From Candidatus Oleimmundimicrobium americanum (GTDB taxonomy: Bacteria > Actinomycetota > Aquicultoria > UBA3085 > Oleimmundimicrobiaceae): a stretch of 64,000 nucleotides of DNA. Within the stretch, counting starts at the first letter, position 1, and every line of letters starts with the position of its first letter. Below the pieces are notes generated by a model. It was given only the letters and a program-made list of their open reading frames with translations. It did no database searches and was not told the origin of the DNA. The DNA is taken from positions 1,033 to 65,032 of the forward strand of contig DFBH01000074.1 in assembly GCA_002366545.1 (NCBI GenBank), written 5' to 3'. Shown here piece by piece: positions 48,608 through 58,453 of the stretch. The position numbers and the translations under genes were made by a program.

Positions 48608-50386
48608 TCAAACACCCTTCGCTATGCATGTTTTGTTACGGCCACCCTTCTTGGCTTGATACATTGCTTGATCCGCTCTATCAAATAAAAGCGGAGAATC
48701 CTTTATCCCCAAGGAAAAAGAGGCAATCCCCAAACTCAAAGTTATCGGAATGCGTTTTCCTTCAAAAATAAAATCAAATTCTTCCGTCTTGCTGCGTAAC
48801 TTTTCCGCAACCGCAAAAGCTTCCGTTTTTGTAATTTGAGGTAAAATTATCGCAAATTCGTCCCCTCCTTGACGAGCGGGCATGTCGGCCTCGCGCAAAT
48901 TCTTGAGCAATATTTTGGCAACCATTTTTAAAACCTCATCACCTCTTAGATGCCCATACGTATCGTTTATTAACTTAAATCGGTCGACATCGAAAACTAT
49001 AACGGAGAGCGCTGAGCCATAGCGTTTAGCTCTATTTACTTCCCTCTCAAGGGAGTAGGTAAAACCATAATGGTTTAACAATCCAGTAAGTGTATCTCTC
49101 ATGGACATTTTTTTTGCATCTTCTTTTATTCGGCTCATAAGCTTTTTTTGATAGGGAAAACATGTGCTCCAATCCGTCATTCCTTTGTAGATTGCAAGCG
49201 CATTTTCGCTACAGGTTTTATGACCACAAGCACCGCAATTGAGCTCGTCTTCTGGAGAAGAAATTTCTGCCTTTACCATCAATTCCCTTAACTCCTCTTT
49301 TGTCGGAGAAACCGTATCAACCGCTTTATTTGCAAAAGTTCTCCTCAGCCCAATTTCAGGCAAATTGGGAACTATCTCAGAAAAATCAGACCATTTAATT
49401 TTTCTTCTTTCTTTACTGTAATTTTGTTGTATTTGTTTTTTCAAAGCATACAAACTTCGTCCTCCGGCAAGCCCATTTCTCATAATAGGTCCATCAATAC
49501 AGCCGTTACAGCCCAAAGCGTCCACAAAGCATGCTCGGACTTCGTTTGTATTTAAGGCTTCCGCTAGAGCCTGAACACTATCTGCTCCTCTAGCCACCTT
49601 AAAATTACGACTAATTGTATTTATTTTTTTCATAAACTGCTTAGGCAGTCCCCCCGGCAAAGAATTTACACGGGGAACTCGTTCAACCGGCTCCAGTTTT
49701 GCTCCCGTCAACGACCGAAGATCTATTTCCGAGTCTTCAAACATCTTTTTTAGTTCGGAAAAGGTTATAACTACATCAATAGCACCCTTAGCAGATTCAT
49801 CCATCGCTTCGGCTCTTTGAGCAACACAAGAGGTTATATACATAGTGTGAGCTTCTTCATACAACGCCTTACAGAGACGCCCCTGCGCAATCATAGGAGA
49901 TACAATCGGCGCCAGGATAGAGACGAGATCGGGAAAATACTTTTCTATAAAACTCACAACAACAGGACAGGTGGAACGAATTATCGGGAAATCCTCGTCT
50001 TGGCTCAAAATCCTCATATACTCGGCGGCTACAAGCTCTTCCCCCAAGATTGTTCCCTCAACAACATCGAAGCCAAGTTTGATAAGACCGGCAGCAATTT
50101 CGGTTGAGCCAAACGGCTGAAAAGCAACGAGATATTCAGGGGCCAAAATTGCAATAGCTTTACCTCTTTTTTTAGCAAGACGATATGCTCTTTTTGTGTT
50201 GTCTTTAAGTTTCAATGCCCCCCGAGAACAAGCTAAAACACACTCACCACAATATATACACGTTTCGTGCATAACCTCAACGTGTCCATCATTTACCTTT
50301 ATGCTCTTAACAGGACAAGCACGAACACAACTATAGCACTCTTTGCATTTATCAAAACTACCTTCTACAACTTCTATGAGCTCCAT
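48608..50386 (-). CDS. sensory-type [FeFe]-hydrogenase-like domain (HydS-like) fused to a C-terminal GGDEF diguanylate cyclase domain
   Basis: N-terminal 2x[4Fe-4S] ferredoxin. Degenerate H-cluster motifs: L1 'RSTCPVV' (single Cys), L2 'TSCVAQRAE', L3 'DALGCNGCIDGP'. An exact Cx2Cx4Cx16C accessory motif ('CGACGHKTC...16...C'). A C-terminal GGDEF domain: 'RQGGDEFAI', 'RYGG', 'DRFK'. Confidence 0.7.
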   Translation of the reverse strand: MELIEVVEGSFDKCKECYSCVRACPVKSIKVNDGHVEVMHETCIYCGECVLACSRGALKLKDNTKRAYRLAKKRGKAIAILAPEYLVAFQPFGSTEIAAGLIKLGFDVVEGTILGEELVAAEYMRILSQDEDFPIIRSTCPVVVSFIEKYFPDLVSILAPIVSPMIAQGRLCKALYEEAHTMYITSCVAQRAEAMDESAKGAIDVVITFSELKKMFEDSEIDLRSLTGAKLEPVERVPRVNSLPGGLPKQFMKKINTISRNFKVARGADSVQALAEALNTNEVRACFVDALGCNGCIDGPIMRNGLAGGRSLYALKKQIQQNYSKERRKIKWSDFSEIVPNLPEIGLRRTFANKAVDTVSPTKEELRELMVKAEISSPEDELNCGACGHKTCSENALAIYKGMTDWSTCFPYQKKLMSRIKEDAKKMSMRDTLTGLLNHYGFTYSLEREVNRAKRYGSALSVIVFDVDRFKLINDTYGHLRGDEVLKMVAKILLKNLREADMPARQGGDEFAIILPQITKTEAFAVAEKLRSKTEEFDFIFEGKRIPITLSLGIASFSLGIKDSPLLFDRADQAMYQAKKGGRNKTCIAKGV

Positions 50387-50480
50387 AATACTTCTTTCGG
50401 CAAATTTTAATTATTTATTAATGTTTGCTGGTAACCAAAGATGCGTAAAAAATATCGTACCCCTCCCAGATTTCTGAAAC

Positions 50481-50948
50481 CTAATCTCCGGTTAAATCAA
50501 AACCTTGAGCACAAACTGCCTTTTCTAAATCCAAGGTTCTTATTTTAAGAACGACGTTGAACTCACCCGCACTAGTATAAACAACATTTTGCGTCCTTAA
50601 ATTTGCATCCATAACAGTGCAAAGCGAAACCTTGTGAGCAAGGGGAGGCGTTGCACCAAGCATGTACCCCGTAAAATCCACCACTTCTTCACGAGTTGCC
50701 AGTCTCAAATTTGATATCTTAAGAGCCTTTCTCAATTTTTTGTAACAAACCCTTTTATCCCCGGATAGAATAATTAACATGGGTTTACCGTCAGCAATGA
50801 AAAGAATTGATTTAATAACTTCGGAGAGAGAAAGGTTTAGAGCCGCTGCCATCTCTCGGGTAGATGTTACCGCACGGGAAAGAGGAACAACTTCATGAGG
50901 AATATTTTTCTCACTAAGGACATTATGAACATCTACGCTTGTCTTCAT
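50481..50948 (-). CDS. YbaK/ProX-family aminoacyl-tRNA deacylase-like protein
   Basis: Size and composition fit the YbaK/EbsC fold, including a conserved Lys/Gly region. Confidence 0.5.
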   Translation of the reverse strand: MKTSVDVHNVLSEKNIPHEVVPLSRAVTSTREMAAALNLSLSEVIKSILFIADGKPMLIILSGDKRVCYKKLRKALKISNLRLATREEVVDFTGYMLGATPPLAHKVSLCTVMDANLRTQNVVYTSAGEFNVVLKIRTLDLEKAVCAQGFDLTGD

Positions 50949-51047
50949 GCACTTCCCTCCCGACTACAAATAAAGGAGCGGCAAAACAAAACCGATTTTA
51001 TTATACCACGAGAAAAACTTGAAAATAATAAGAGGGGCAATCCTTCT

Positions 51048-51512
51048 TTAACGAATGGAATGCAAGGCTCTCTCGACAGCCTCAGCGGGATTTTTAGCTA
51101 AGATAATTGTTTCGACTAATTTTCCTTTCTTGCTAAACTCCCAGGTATCTATCCCCACAATGAGCTTGCCCGTTTTTAGAGCGAGCCCAATCTCCGAAAG
51201 AGTGCCAAACGCTCCTCCGATGGCTATAATCACATCCGAAGCACCAACCACAAGGGCGTTGCGCGCCTCAGCCATTCCCGTGGGAATGGCCACGTCCACA
51301 AAAGGATTTGCATATTTTCTCGTCTTAGAGGGCAAAATGCCAACCGTTAAACCTCCGGCATCCTTGGCGCCCTTGCAAGCAGCCTCCATAACACCACCCA
51401 ACCCTCCGCAAATGAGAATGGCACCTTTCTGAGCTACATTTTTCCCAACTTTATAAGCAATCTCGGCCATTTCGCTGTCACATTGCCCTGAGCCTATTAC
51501 ACCAATATACAT
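51048..51512 (-). CDS. TIGR00725/LOG-like Rossmann-fold protein
   Basis: 'IGVIGSG...ILICGGLGGVMEAA..GA..AGG.TVGILP' is the SLOG/LOG family signature. Confidence 0.5.
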   Translation of the reverse strand: MYIGVIGSGQCDSEMAEIAYKVGKNVAQKGAILICGGLGGVMEAACKGAKDAGGLTVGILPSKTRKYANPFVDVAIPTGMAEARNALVVGASDVIIAIGGAFGTLSEIGLALKTGKLIVGIDTWEFSKKGKLVETIILAKNPAEAVERALHSIR

Positions 51513-51548
51513 TTAAGTTCCTCATACCTCCCTTATCCCAAAAAACAG

Positions 51549-52457
51549 TCAATCCGTCGTGCCCGGGTGACCATGTGGATGATGTTCTACATGCGGATTA
51601 ACATGTACCAGAACATCGGCAACATCGTCCATGTTTTCAATTATTTTTCTTTTTACCCTCCCTGCTATATCGTGTCCTTCGGCCACGGTAATTTCGGGAT
51701 CGGTCTCAATCTTTATATCTATAAGCAAAAACTGACCTGCATAGCGTGCCCTGACCTCATGAACATGCTCAACGCCCCCAACTTTTTCGGCAATCAAAGT
51801 AATCCCTCTTAAGGTGGACTCTTCCGGTAAGGTATCCATAAGCTGACGACAAGCATTCGATGTAGTGTGATAGCCAATTCTTACTATAAAAAAAGAGACG
51901 ACACAAGCAGCGATGGGATCGAATACAGGATATCCCACCATAGCAGCGGATACACCTATTAAAACCGCTGATGAAGCGAAAACATCGGAACGATGATCGC
52001 ACGCTTTGGCTATAATGGCCGGACTGTTTATTTTTTTGCCCACAATATGCACATAACGAAACATTCCCTCTTTAACCAAGATGGTTAAAAACGCAGCGAG
52101 CAATGCAATTAATTCGGGCTTTACGTAGGAACGGATAATAACCGAGTGAATTGCAGAGAAAAAAACAAAAATGCCCGTCCCGATGATAAATACGCCAACA
52201 AGGAGCGCGGAAATCGACTCCGCTTTCCCGTGGCCATAAGGATGCTCAATATCAACCGGCTTCTTTGCAACCTTTAAGCTGGAAATGGTCACAAGGTCGG
52301 TAAAAACATCTGCAAACGAATTTACGGCATCAGCTATAATTGCCTGGCTTCTGCCTGCAATTCCAGCAAACAACTTTATTAAAGCAAGCCCCACATTGCC
52401 CCATATCCCCAAACGTGCAGCTCGTTCAGCTATAAGAAATCTTTCTTTGCGTTGCAT
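51549..52457 (-). CDS. cation diffusion facilitator (CDF) family metal efflux transporter
   Basis: 6 TM segments, 'HRSDVFAS' and 'DH' motifs, and a His-rich C-terminus 'HVNPHVEHHPHGHPG'. Confidence 0.8.
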   Translation of the reverse strand: MQRKERFLIAERAARLGIWGNVGLALIKLFAGIAGRSQAIIADAVNSFADVFTDLVTISSLKVAKKPVDIEHPYGHGKAESISALLVGVFIIGTGIFVFFSAIHSVIIRSYVKPELIALLAAFLTILVKEGMFRYVHIVGKKINSPAIIAKACDHRSDVFASSAVLIGVSAAMVGYPVFDPIAACVVSFFIVRIGYHTTSNACRQLMDTLPEESTLRGITLIAEKVGGVEHVHEVRARYAGQFLLIDIKIETDPEITVAEGHDIAGRVKRKIIENMDDVADVLVHVNPHVEHHPHGHPGTTD

Positions 52458-52480
52458 GCTAATCAGACCTTAAAGAAAAA

Positions 52481-53497
52481 TCAGAGAAGATTGCGTTCCA
52501 ATAAAAGCTCCGCAATTTGAACAGCATTTAAAGCAGCTCCTTTGCGCAGGTTATCCGAAACAACCCAGAGATTAAGTCCATTTTCAACCGATTTGTCCTC
52601 ACGGATACGCCCAACATAGCAGGCATCCGTACCCGCTGCAAAGACGGGCATGGGATAAACACACTTTTCCGGATCATCAATTACTTTAACTCCGGGAGCA
52701 TTTCCCAAAATCTTTCTGACCTCAGAGAGGGTTATCTTCTTCTCGGTTTCAATATTCACCGCTTCAGAATGCGACACTAAGATGGGAACTCGAACACAGG
52801 TTGCCGATATTCCAATTTCCGAATCTCCCATAATCTTTCGAGTTTCATTTACCATCTTCATCTCTTCTTTGGTGTAACCATTCTCAATAAAAACATCTAT
52901 TTGAGGAAGAAGATTGAAGGCTATCTGATAAGGATAGACATTTGCCTCCACTTTTCTTTCTCCAGAAAGCACCCGCCCGGACTGGCTCAAAAGTTCTTCG
53001 ACAGCATCTTTGCCGGTACCGGAAACAGCTTGATAAGTTGAGACAACTATCCTCTTAATCCTCGACTTATCATAAAGAGGCTTAAGAACGACAACCATCT
53101 GTATGGTGGAGCAGTTCGGATTGGCAATGATTCCACTATGAGAGTTTATGTCGTTCGGATTCACTTCAGGAACTACCAAGGGGACGTTCTCATCCATCCG
53201 AAAAGCACTGCTGTTATCTATAACTATCGCGCCCGCTTTTACGGCATGGGGAGCAAACTCTTTACTTACAGAAGCCCCGGCAGAAAACAAAGCGATGTCA
53301 ACCCCTCGAAAGGAGTCTTTAGTTAACTTTTCAACCGTCACACCCGTTCTTTTGAAAGTTAGGCGACGGCCGGCAGACTTGGCTGAGGCAAGTAATTTAA
53401 GTTTATTTATAGGGAAATCCCTCTGCTCAAGCACCTTGCGCATCTCTTTGCCCACCACACCGGTAGCCCCCACTATCGCGACGTTATATTCTTTCAC
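52481..53497 (-). CDS. asd: aspartate-semialdehyde dehydrogenase
   Basis: 'VAIVGATGVVGKEM' NAD motif and a catalytic Cys region. GTG start with GGGGGT RBS. Confidence 0.9.
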   Translation of the reverse strand: MKEYNVAIVGATGVVGKEMRKVLEQRDFPINKLKLLASAKSAGRRLTFKRTGVTVEKLTKDSFRGVDIALFSAGASVSKEFAPHAVKAGAIVIDNSSAFRMDENVPLVVPEVNPNDINSHSGIIANPNCSTIQMVVVLKPLYDKSRIKRIVVSTYQAVSGTGKDAVEELLSQSGRVLSGERKVEANVYPYQIAFNLLPQIDVFIENGYTKEEMKMVNETRKIMGDSEIGISATCVRVPILVSHSEAVNIETEKKITLSEVRKILGNAPGVKVIDDPEKCVYPMPVFAAGTDACYVGRIREDKSVENGLNLWVVSDNLRKGAALNAVQIAELLLERNLL

Positions 53498-53720
53498 TTT
53501 TACTTACCCCCGATTTAGTTATTGGCCCTTCTCAAATTATCATTCTCCATTTTTCATTTAACTATACCCTTTATCCATTACCCTTATTTTGCCATCTGCC
53601 ATAAGCTGCTTTGCAGCTAATTGTAAAATGCAAATTGCAAATATTAAATTGCAAAATTGTTTTCCTTTTTGGTTTTAAAACTTTAAAATCTCCAATTTCC
53701 CTGCCTGCCGGCAGTCGGAA

Positions 53721-53813
53721 GTTATCTGGTTCCTTAGTTTCTTGGCTACGTGGCTACTTGGTTTCTAAGTCGCTATGTCACTATGTTGCCAGCTTCTCGT
53801 TACCCTATACTCA
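53721..53813 (-). repeat. dispersed intergenic repeat element, copy 3 (between lysC and asd)
   Basis: TTATCTGGTTCCTTAGTTTCTTGGCTACGTGGCTACTTGGTTTCTAAGTCGCTATGTCACTATGTTGCCAG plus a GGGTAA-type flank. About 90% identical to the other copies. Confidence 0.7.
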
Positions 53814-55052
53814 TTACCCTCTATTACTGCCCAGGCCAAACTTATCGTGCAATGCTCTCACGGCCACACCAACATCTTTTTCATCGATAACACACGATAT
53901 TTTTATCGAAGATGTGCTTATCATCTCAATGTTTATATTGTTTCCAGCCAAAGCTGAGAACATATCGGCAGCAACCCCGGGGTGGGTTATCATACCCGCC
54001 CCAATCAAGGAAATTTTTGCGATATTTTCATCACACAGAGAGCCCCTGGCTCCAAGCTCAACAACTATCTTGTCAACCACATCTTTGGCTTTAATCAAAT
54101 CATCTTTCGTCACGGTAAAGGATATATCCGTAAAACCCTTTTCGCTAACGTTTTGGATAATCATATCGACATTTGCATTGGCATCAGATAGAGCTCTAAA
54201 AACCCTCGCTGCGATACCCGGTTTATCCGGCACACCTAAAATTGTAATCTTAGCTTCATCGATGTCGTGTGTAACTCCTCTTATTACAGCTTTTTCCATT
54301 ACTTTATCAGCCTCCTTAATCAGCGTCCCCGGCTCTTCCGAAAAACTCGATCTAACATGGATGTAAACACCATAATTTTGACCAAATTCCACGGATCTTA
54401 CTTGCAAAACCTTGGCACCGGTCGCTGCCATCTCCAACATTTCATCGAAAGATATCTCGTCAATTTTCTTGGCATCGGAAACCATACGAGGATCAGCGGT
54501 GTAGACCCCGTCAACATCGGTATAAATTTCACAGACATCCGCCTTTAGTTTTGCGGCAAGAGCAACAGCTGTAGTATCAGAACCGCCCCTGCCCAAAGTG
54601 GTTATATCGTTGTCTATGGTAACCCCCTGGAAGCCAGCGACAATGACTACTTTGTCTTTTTTAATCTCTTCCATAATACGTTTGGAACGAACGTCTAAAA
54701 TCTTTGCTTTAGTGTGAACTGCGTCGGTCACGATACCAACCTGTTGGCCGGTAAAGGATATAGCTTCGTATCCCAAAGAATAAATGGCCATACCGAGAAG
54801 CGCAACCGATACTTGCTCTCCCGTTGCCAAAAGCATATCCAGTTCTCTTTCGGGAGGTGAGGGGGTTATCTCGTGAGCCATCTTTAAAAGATTATCAGTG
54901 GTATCACCCAAAGCAGAAACGACAACAATCACGGAGTTTCCCTGATTCTTGGTTTTAACTATGCGCTTAGCCACATTTTTTATCCGTTCGGCGTTGGCAA
55001 TGGAGCTTCCACCGTACTTTTGAACAATTATACCCAAAAAAACATCCCTCAT
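53814..55052 (-). CDS. lysC: aspartate kinase (with C-terminal ACT domains)
   Basis: 'VQKYGGSS' and 'VVVSA' kinase motifs, with tandem ACT domains. Confidence 0.9.
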   Translation of the reverse strand: MRDVFLGIIVQKYGGSSIANAERIKNVAKRIVKTKNQGNSVIVVVSALGDTTDNLLKMAHEITPSPPERELDMLLATGEQVSVALLGMAIYSLGYEAISFTGQQVGIVTDAVHTKAKILDVRSKRIMEEIKKDKVVIVAGFQGVTIDNDITTLGRGGSDTTAVALAAKLKADVCEIYTDVDGVYTADPRMVSDAKKIDEISFDEMLEMAATGAKVLQVRSVEFGQNYGVYIHVRSSFSEEPGTLIKEADKVMEKAVIRGVTHDIDEAKITILGVPDKPGIAARVFRALSDANANVDMIIQNVSEKGFTDISFTVTKDDLIKAKDVVDKIVVELGARGSLCDENIAKISLIGAGMITHPGVAADMFSALAGNNINIEMISTSSIKISCVIDEKDVGVAVRALHDKFGLGSNRG

Positions 55053-55095
55053 TTAGACTTACCCTATTTTAACAGCCAAATATTTAGGGAGCAAG

Positions 55096-57381
55096 CTAAC
55101 TTTCACCTGACAGACAATCAAAAGAATGGTGGTTTGCAACAAGTTTGAGCCTATCGCTTAGGTTACCGAGACTAACCGATAGAAAATTGCTTAAAAGATG
55201 CTCGCCGGTCATCTGTTTGATTAGAGAAGTTAAGGCCGAAAGAAATTTCTTATAAACTTTTATCTCTTCATCAAAAGACACGTGGTCATCTTCTGCAATT
55301 TCAACTCTGCCATTATTAATTTTCAAATTGAGCTCTTCTCTTAATACAAGCTTTTTAATTTCAATGTCTAGATTTCGCATCATCTTCTGTCCGCCTATCT
55401 TGGCATATTGTTCCAATAAAGAATTAGCAATGTTTAAAAAAGTTTCCCTTACCGCTCGCTTTTCGGCCTCTTTGCCCGCCAACAAGTCTTTATATAAATC
55501 ATCATTAGAAAAAATTTTAATTTTGCCTTTCTCAAAAACCGAAAGAAAAGCCTTCGCTACATCCGGGCTAAACTGAGAACCCGACCCACTTTTTACCTCC
55601 TCCATAGCCTCAACAGCCATTTTGGCTTTATGATAAGGCCTATCTGATACCATTGCTTCAAAGCTATCGGCCACCGTAAGAATTCGAGCACCCAATGGTA
55701 TTTCATCACCTGCTAATCCGCCAGGGTAGCCCAAGCCATCATAACGTTCGTGGTGATGACGCACAAGGGATACAATGTCCCAAGGAAATTCAATCGGAGA
55801 TAGTATATTAGCTCCGATTAAAGAATGTGTTTGCATAATTATCATCTCATCAAAAGTAAACTTGCCCGGCTTAAGAAGTATCTTCTCGCTGATGCCAATT
55901 TTCCCGATATCATGTAACGTCGCCGCCACCCGGATTCTTTCCTTTTCAAAATCACTCAATCTCATCTCTTCAGCAACCACAACTGCGTAATCTGTAACCC
56001 TTTCCGAATGACCTCGAGTGTACATATCCTTAGCATCCACCGCCTCAGCCAGAGCGCTTATAACGCCAAAGAAATTGTTTTTAATTCCTTGGTAAAACCT
56101 TGAATTTTCGAGAGCCATCGCTGCTTCGTTTGCCATTGCTACAAGGAGTTCAAGGTCATCTTGGTCAAAAGTTTCACTGCCAATTTTGTTTGTCACATTA
56201 AGCACGCCGATTATCTTGCCCTTTACTTTTAAGGGGGCAACAATTGCATCTTTTACCTCTTCCTTTGCATAAATTGGTTTAAAACGAGGATCATTTATCC
56301 CATCGATAAGAAGAAGTGGCTCACCTCTTTTGGCCACCCAACCGGCGATTCCATCTCCCAATTTAAGCTTCGTACTTTTTATAACCTCCTCGCTTAAATC
56401 ATGTGCCGCTTTGACAACCAACTCGCCCTTTTTCTCATCAAGCATCATCAAGGAGGCCCTCTCGGCTCCCATAATGCTAGTAGCCGCATCCAAAATTGTT
56501 TTCGAAAGTTTCCTTTCGTTAAGGGAAGAGCCAAGCGCTCTTCCCACACTTGTAACGCAGGCTTTTGCTTGACGCTGGGAAGCGTCAAGCTGACTTATTA
56601 ATGAAGAAAGTTTCTCGGTCATCATATTGCACGTTTCAAACAACTCGCCGAACTCATCCTTGGATAAAATTTTTGCCCTCTTTTTGAAGTCGCCTTTTGC
56701 CACCTGTTGAGCGGTACCCCTTAGAATATCAATTGGACGATATACAAACTTTGATAAAGCTACCCAGTACAAAAGAAAACTCACTAAAGTAGCTACAAAT
56801 GCCAGCAATAAATTTCGCAAATAAACTGCATCTATGGCTTTAGCTAACTCGCTGAGGTTAGAATATATGTGAATAGCTCCCAGCAATTTTCCTTCGCCAA
56901 AAAGTGGCATCACAATCTCTTGAGCCCTGGGCCTTCTGTCGAAAAAACTAAAGGACTCAACTATTTCGCCTTCTTCTTCCCCTTTAGTTCTAAAAGCCCA
57001 AACATGTTCGATAACTTTTCTATCTTTTATAGCGTAAACTAAGCATTCATCTTCATCTTGCTTACCTGTCTCTTCGGAATCAAGAGAGGTAAGTATTTTC
57101 CCATCCCGGCCGACCACCCGAAAAAAAACAAAATCTTGATTAAAAGAATCAATGAAATTAATTAAGTGTCTCTTCTCGGAAGAGGAAAGCTCCTCATCTT
57201 TGAGAAAATCCTCAGTATGATGCTTAATAGAATTTGCGATAATAAGATTTTTCTCTTTTACATCTTTCAGCCAGCTATTTTTTTGCCATTGTATTGAAAA
57301 ATAAGTTAGGGTAGCAGTAAGCATAAAAATTAATCCCGCCATCACCAAACCGAGCTTCCAGCGCAGCTTTAATTTAAGCAT
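55096..57381 (-). CDS. membrane signalling protein with HAMP, GAF and HD-GYP (c-di-GMP phosphodiesterase) domains
   Basis: N-terminal TM plus a periplasmic domain and a second TM/HAMP. A GAF domain. 'LHDIGK' plus 'HHERYDGLGYPGGL' give the HD-GYP signature. Confidence 0.75.
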   Translation of the reverse strand: MLKLKLRWKLGLVMAGLIFMLTATLTYFSIQWQKNSWLKDVKEKNLIIANSIKHHTEDFLKDEELSSSEKRHLINFIDSFNQDFVFFRVVGRDGKILTSLDSEETGKQDEDECLVYAIKDRKVIEHVWAFRTKGEEEGEIVESFSFFDRRPRAQEIVMPLFGEGKLLGAIHIYSNLSELAKAIDAVYLRNLLLAFVATLVSFLLYWVALSKFVYRPIDILRGTAQQVAKGDFKKRAKILSKDEFGELFETCNMMTEKLSSLISQLDASQRQAKACVTSVGRALGSSLNERKLSKTILDAATSIMGAERASLMMLDEKKGELVVKAAHDLSEEVIKSTKLKLGDGIAGWVAKRGEPLLLIDGINDPRFKPIYAKEEVKDAIVAPLKVKGKIIGVLNVTNKIGSETFDQDDLELLVAMANEAAMALENSRFYQGIKNNFFGVISALAEAVDAKDMYTRGHSERVTDYAVVVAEEMRLSDFEKERIRVAATLHDIGKIGISEKILLKPGKFTFDEMIIMQTHSLIGANILSPIEFPWDIVSLVRHHHERYDGLGYPGGLAGDEIPLGARILTVADSFEAMVSDRPYHKAKMAVEAMEEVKSGSGSQFSPDVAKAFLSVFEKGKIKIFSNDDLYKDLLAGKEAEKRAVRETFLNIANSLLEQYAKIGGQKMMRNLDIEIKKLVLREELNLKINNGRVEIAEDDHVSFDEEIKVYKKFLSALTSLIKQMTGEHLLSNFLSVSLGNLSDRLKLVANHHSFDCLSGES

Positions 57382-57460
57382 ATTTACCTCTAATGTATTT
57401 ACACCATAGTTTATTTATCGGCAATTTCTCAAAAAAAATAAGCTGTGCAGGGGATTTCTT

Positions 57461-57498
57461 TTTTATAAAACAAAACCCCCGACATTTAGTACGGGGGT
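57461..57498 (-). terminator. rho-independent terminator after porB (bidirectional-looking)
   Basis: CCCCCG-N10-CGGGGG stem. On the minus strand it is followed by TTTTGTTTT. A T-run also follows on the plus strand. Confidence 0.5.
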
Positions 57499-57532
57499 TT
57501 TGTTAATGTTTTTATTAATTTATACGTGTAAC

Positions 57533-58453
57533 TTATACTTCCCCGCAAAGCTTAAGAAGCCGTTCCCAATCTTTGTCCACTTTTTCCTGAAGTTCCTCAA
57601 GAAGATGCTCGTTTTCAGGTTTAAAGAGATGTTTAAATCTCCCTTGAGTCTTAAACCATTCAACCAAGGGCTTTTTCTCTTTAGGTTTATAGGTTAGCTT
57701 CCACTCACCATTTTCAACCTCGTATAGAGGCCAAAAACAAGTCTCCACGGCAAGCTTTGCAATTCGAAGAGTTTGGTCGGAAGGATGACGCCATCCGCGC
57801 GGGCAAGGGGCAATCACATTTAAAAATGCCGGACCATCAGCTTCAAAAGCCTTTGTTGATTTCCTTACTAAATCCTTCCAAAAAGCGGGAGATGCCTGAG
57901 CTACATAAGGAATATCGTGCGCAGCAATACAAGCGGTCAAATTTTTGCGATTTTGCTTCTTGCCCGGTTGAACCTTTCCTACCTCAGAAGTAGTGGTCCA
58001 TGCCCCCCTTGGGGTTGCACTTGAACGTTGAATACCCGTGTTCATGTAAGCACCGTTGTCATAGCATACATAAACTATATTGTGACCGCGCTCTATCACC
58101 CCCGAAAGGGATTGAAAACCGATATCGTAAGTCCCTCCGTCGCCGCCAAAGGCGATAAACTTTATCTCTTTATCCAGTTTTCCCCGACGTTTTAGCGACC
58201 GATAAGCGGCCTCTACGCCACCAATTGTCGCACCTGCATTTTCAAAAGCAGAGTGAATATATGGTGCATCCCATGCAGTTGAAGGATATATTGTGGTTGA
58301 CACTTCAAGACACCCGGTGGCGCAAGCAACGACTACCGGTTCATCTGTTCCCATAAGAATTTGCCTTGCCACAATTGGCGCCCCACAACCCGCACAGAGC
58401 CTATGCCCGCAAGTGAGTTTTTCTTTCTTTGCCGCCAAGTCTTTTATCTTCAT
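57533..58453 (-). CDS. porB: 2-oxoacid:ferredoxin oxidoreductase beta subunit (TPP-binding)
   Basis: 'GCGAPIVARQ' and 'GDGG..DIG' TPP-binding motifs. Confidence 0.85.
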   Translation of the reverse strand: MKIKDLAAKKEKLTCGHRLCAGCGAPIVARQILMGTDEPVVVACATGCLEVSTTIYPSTAWDAPYIHSAFENAGATIGGVEAAYRSLKRRGKLDKEIKFIAFGGDGGTYDIGFQSLSGVIERGHNIVYVCYDNGAYMNTGIQRSSATPRGAWTTTSEVGKVQPGKKQNRKNLTACIAAHDIPYVAQASPAFWKDLVRKSTKAFEADGPAFLNVIAPCPRGWRHPSDQTLRIAKLAVETCFWPLYEVENGEWKLTYKPKEKKPLVEWFKTQGRFKHLFKPENEHLLEELQEKVDKDWERLLKLCGEV

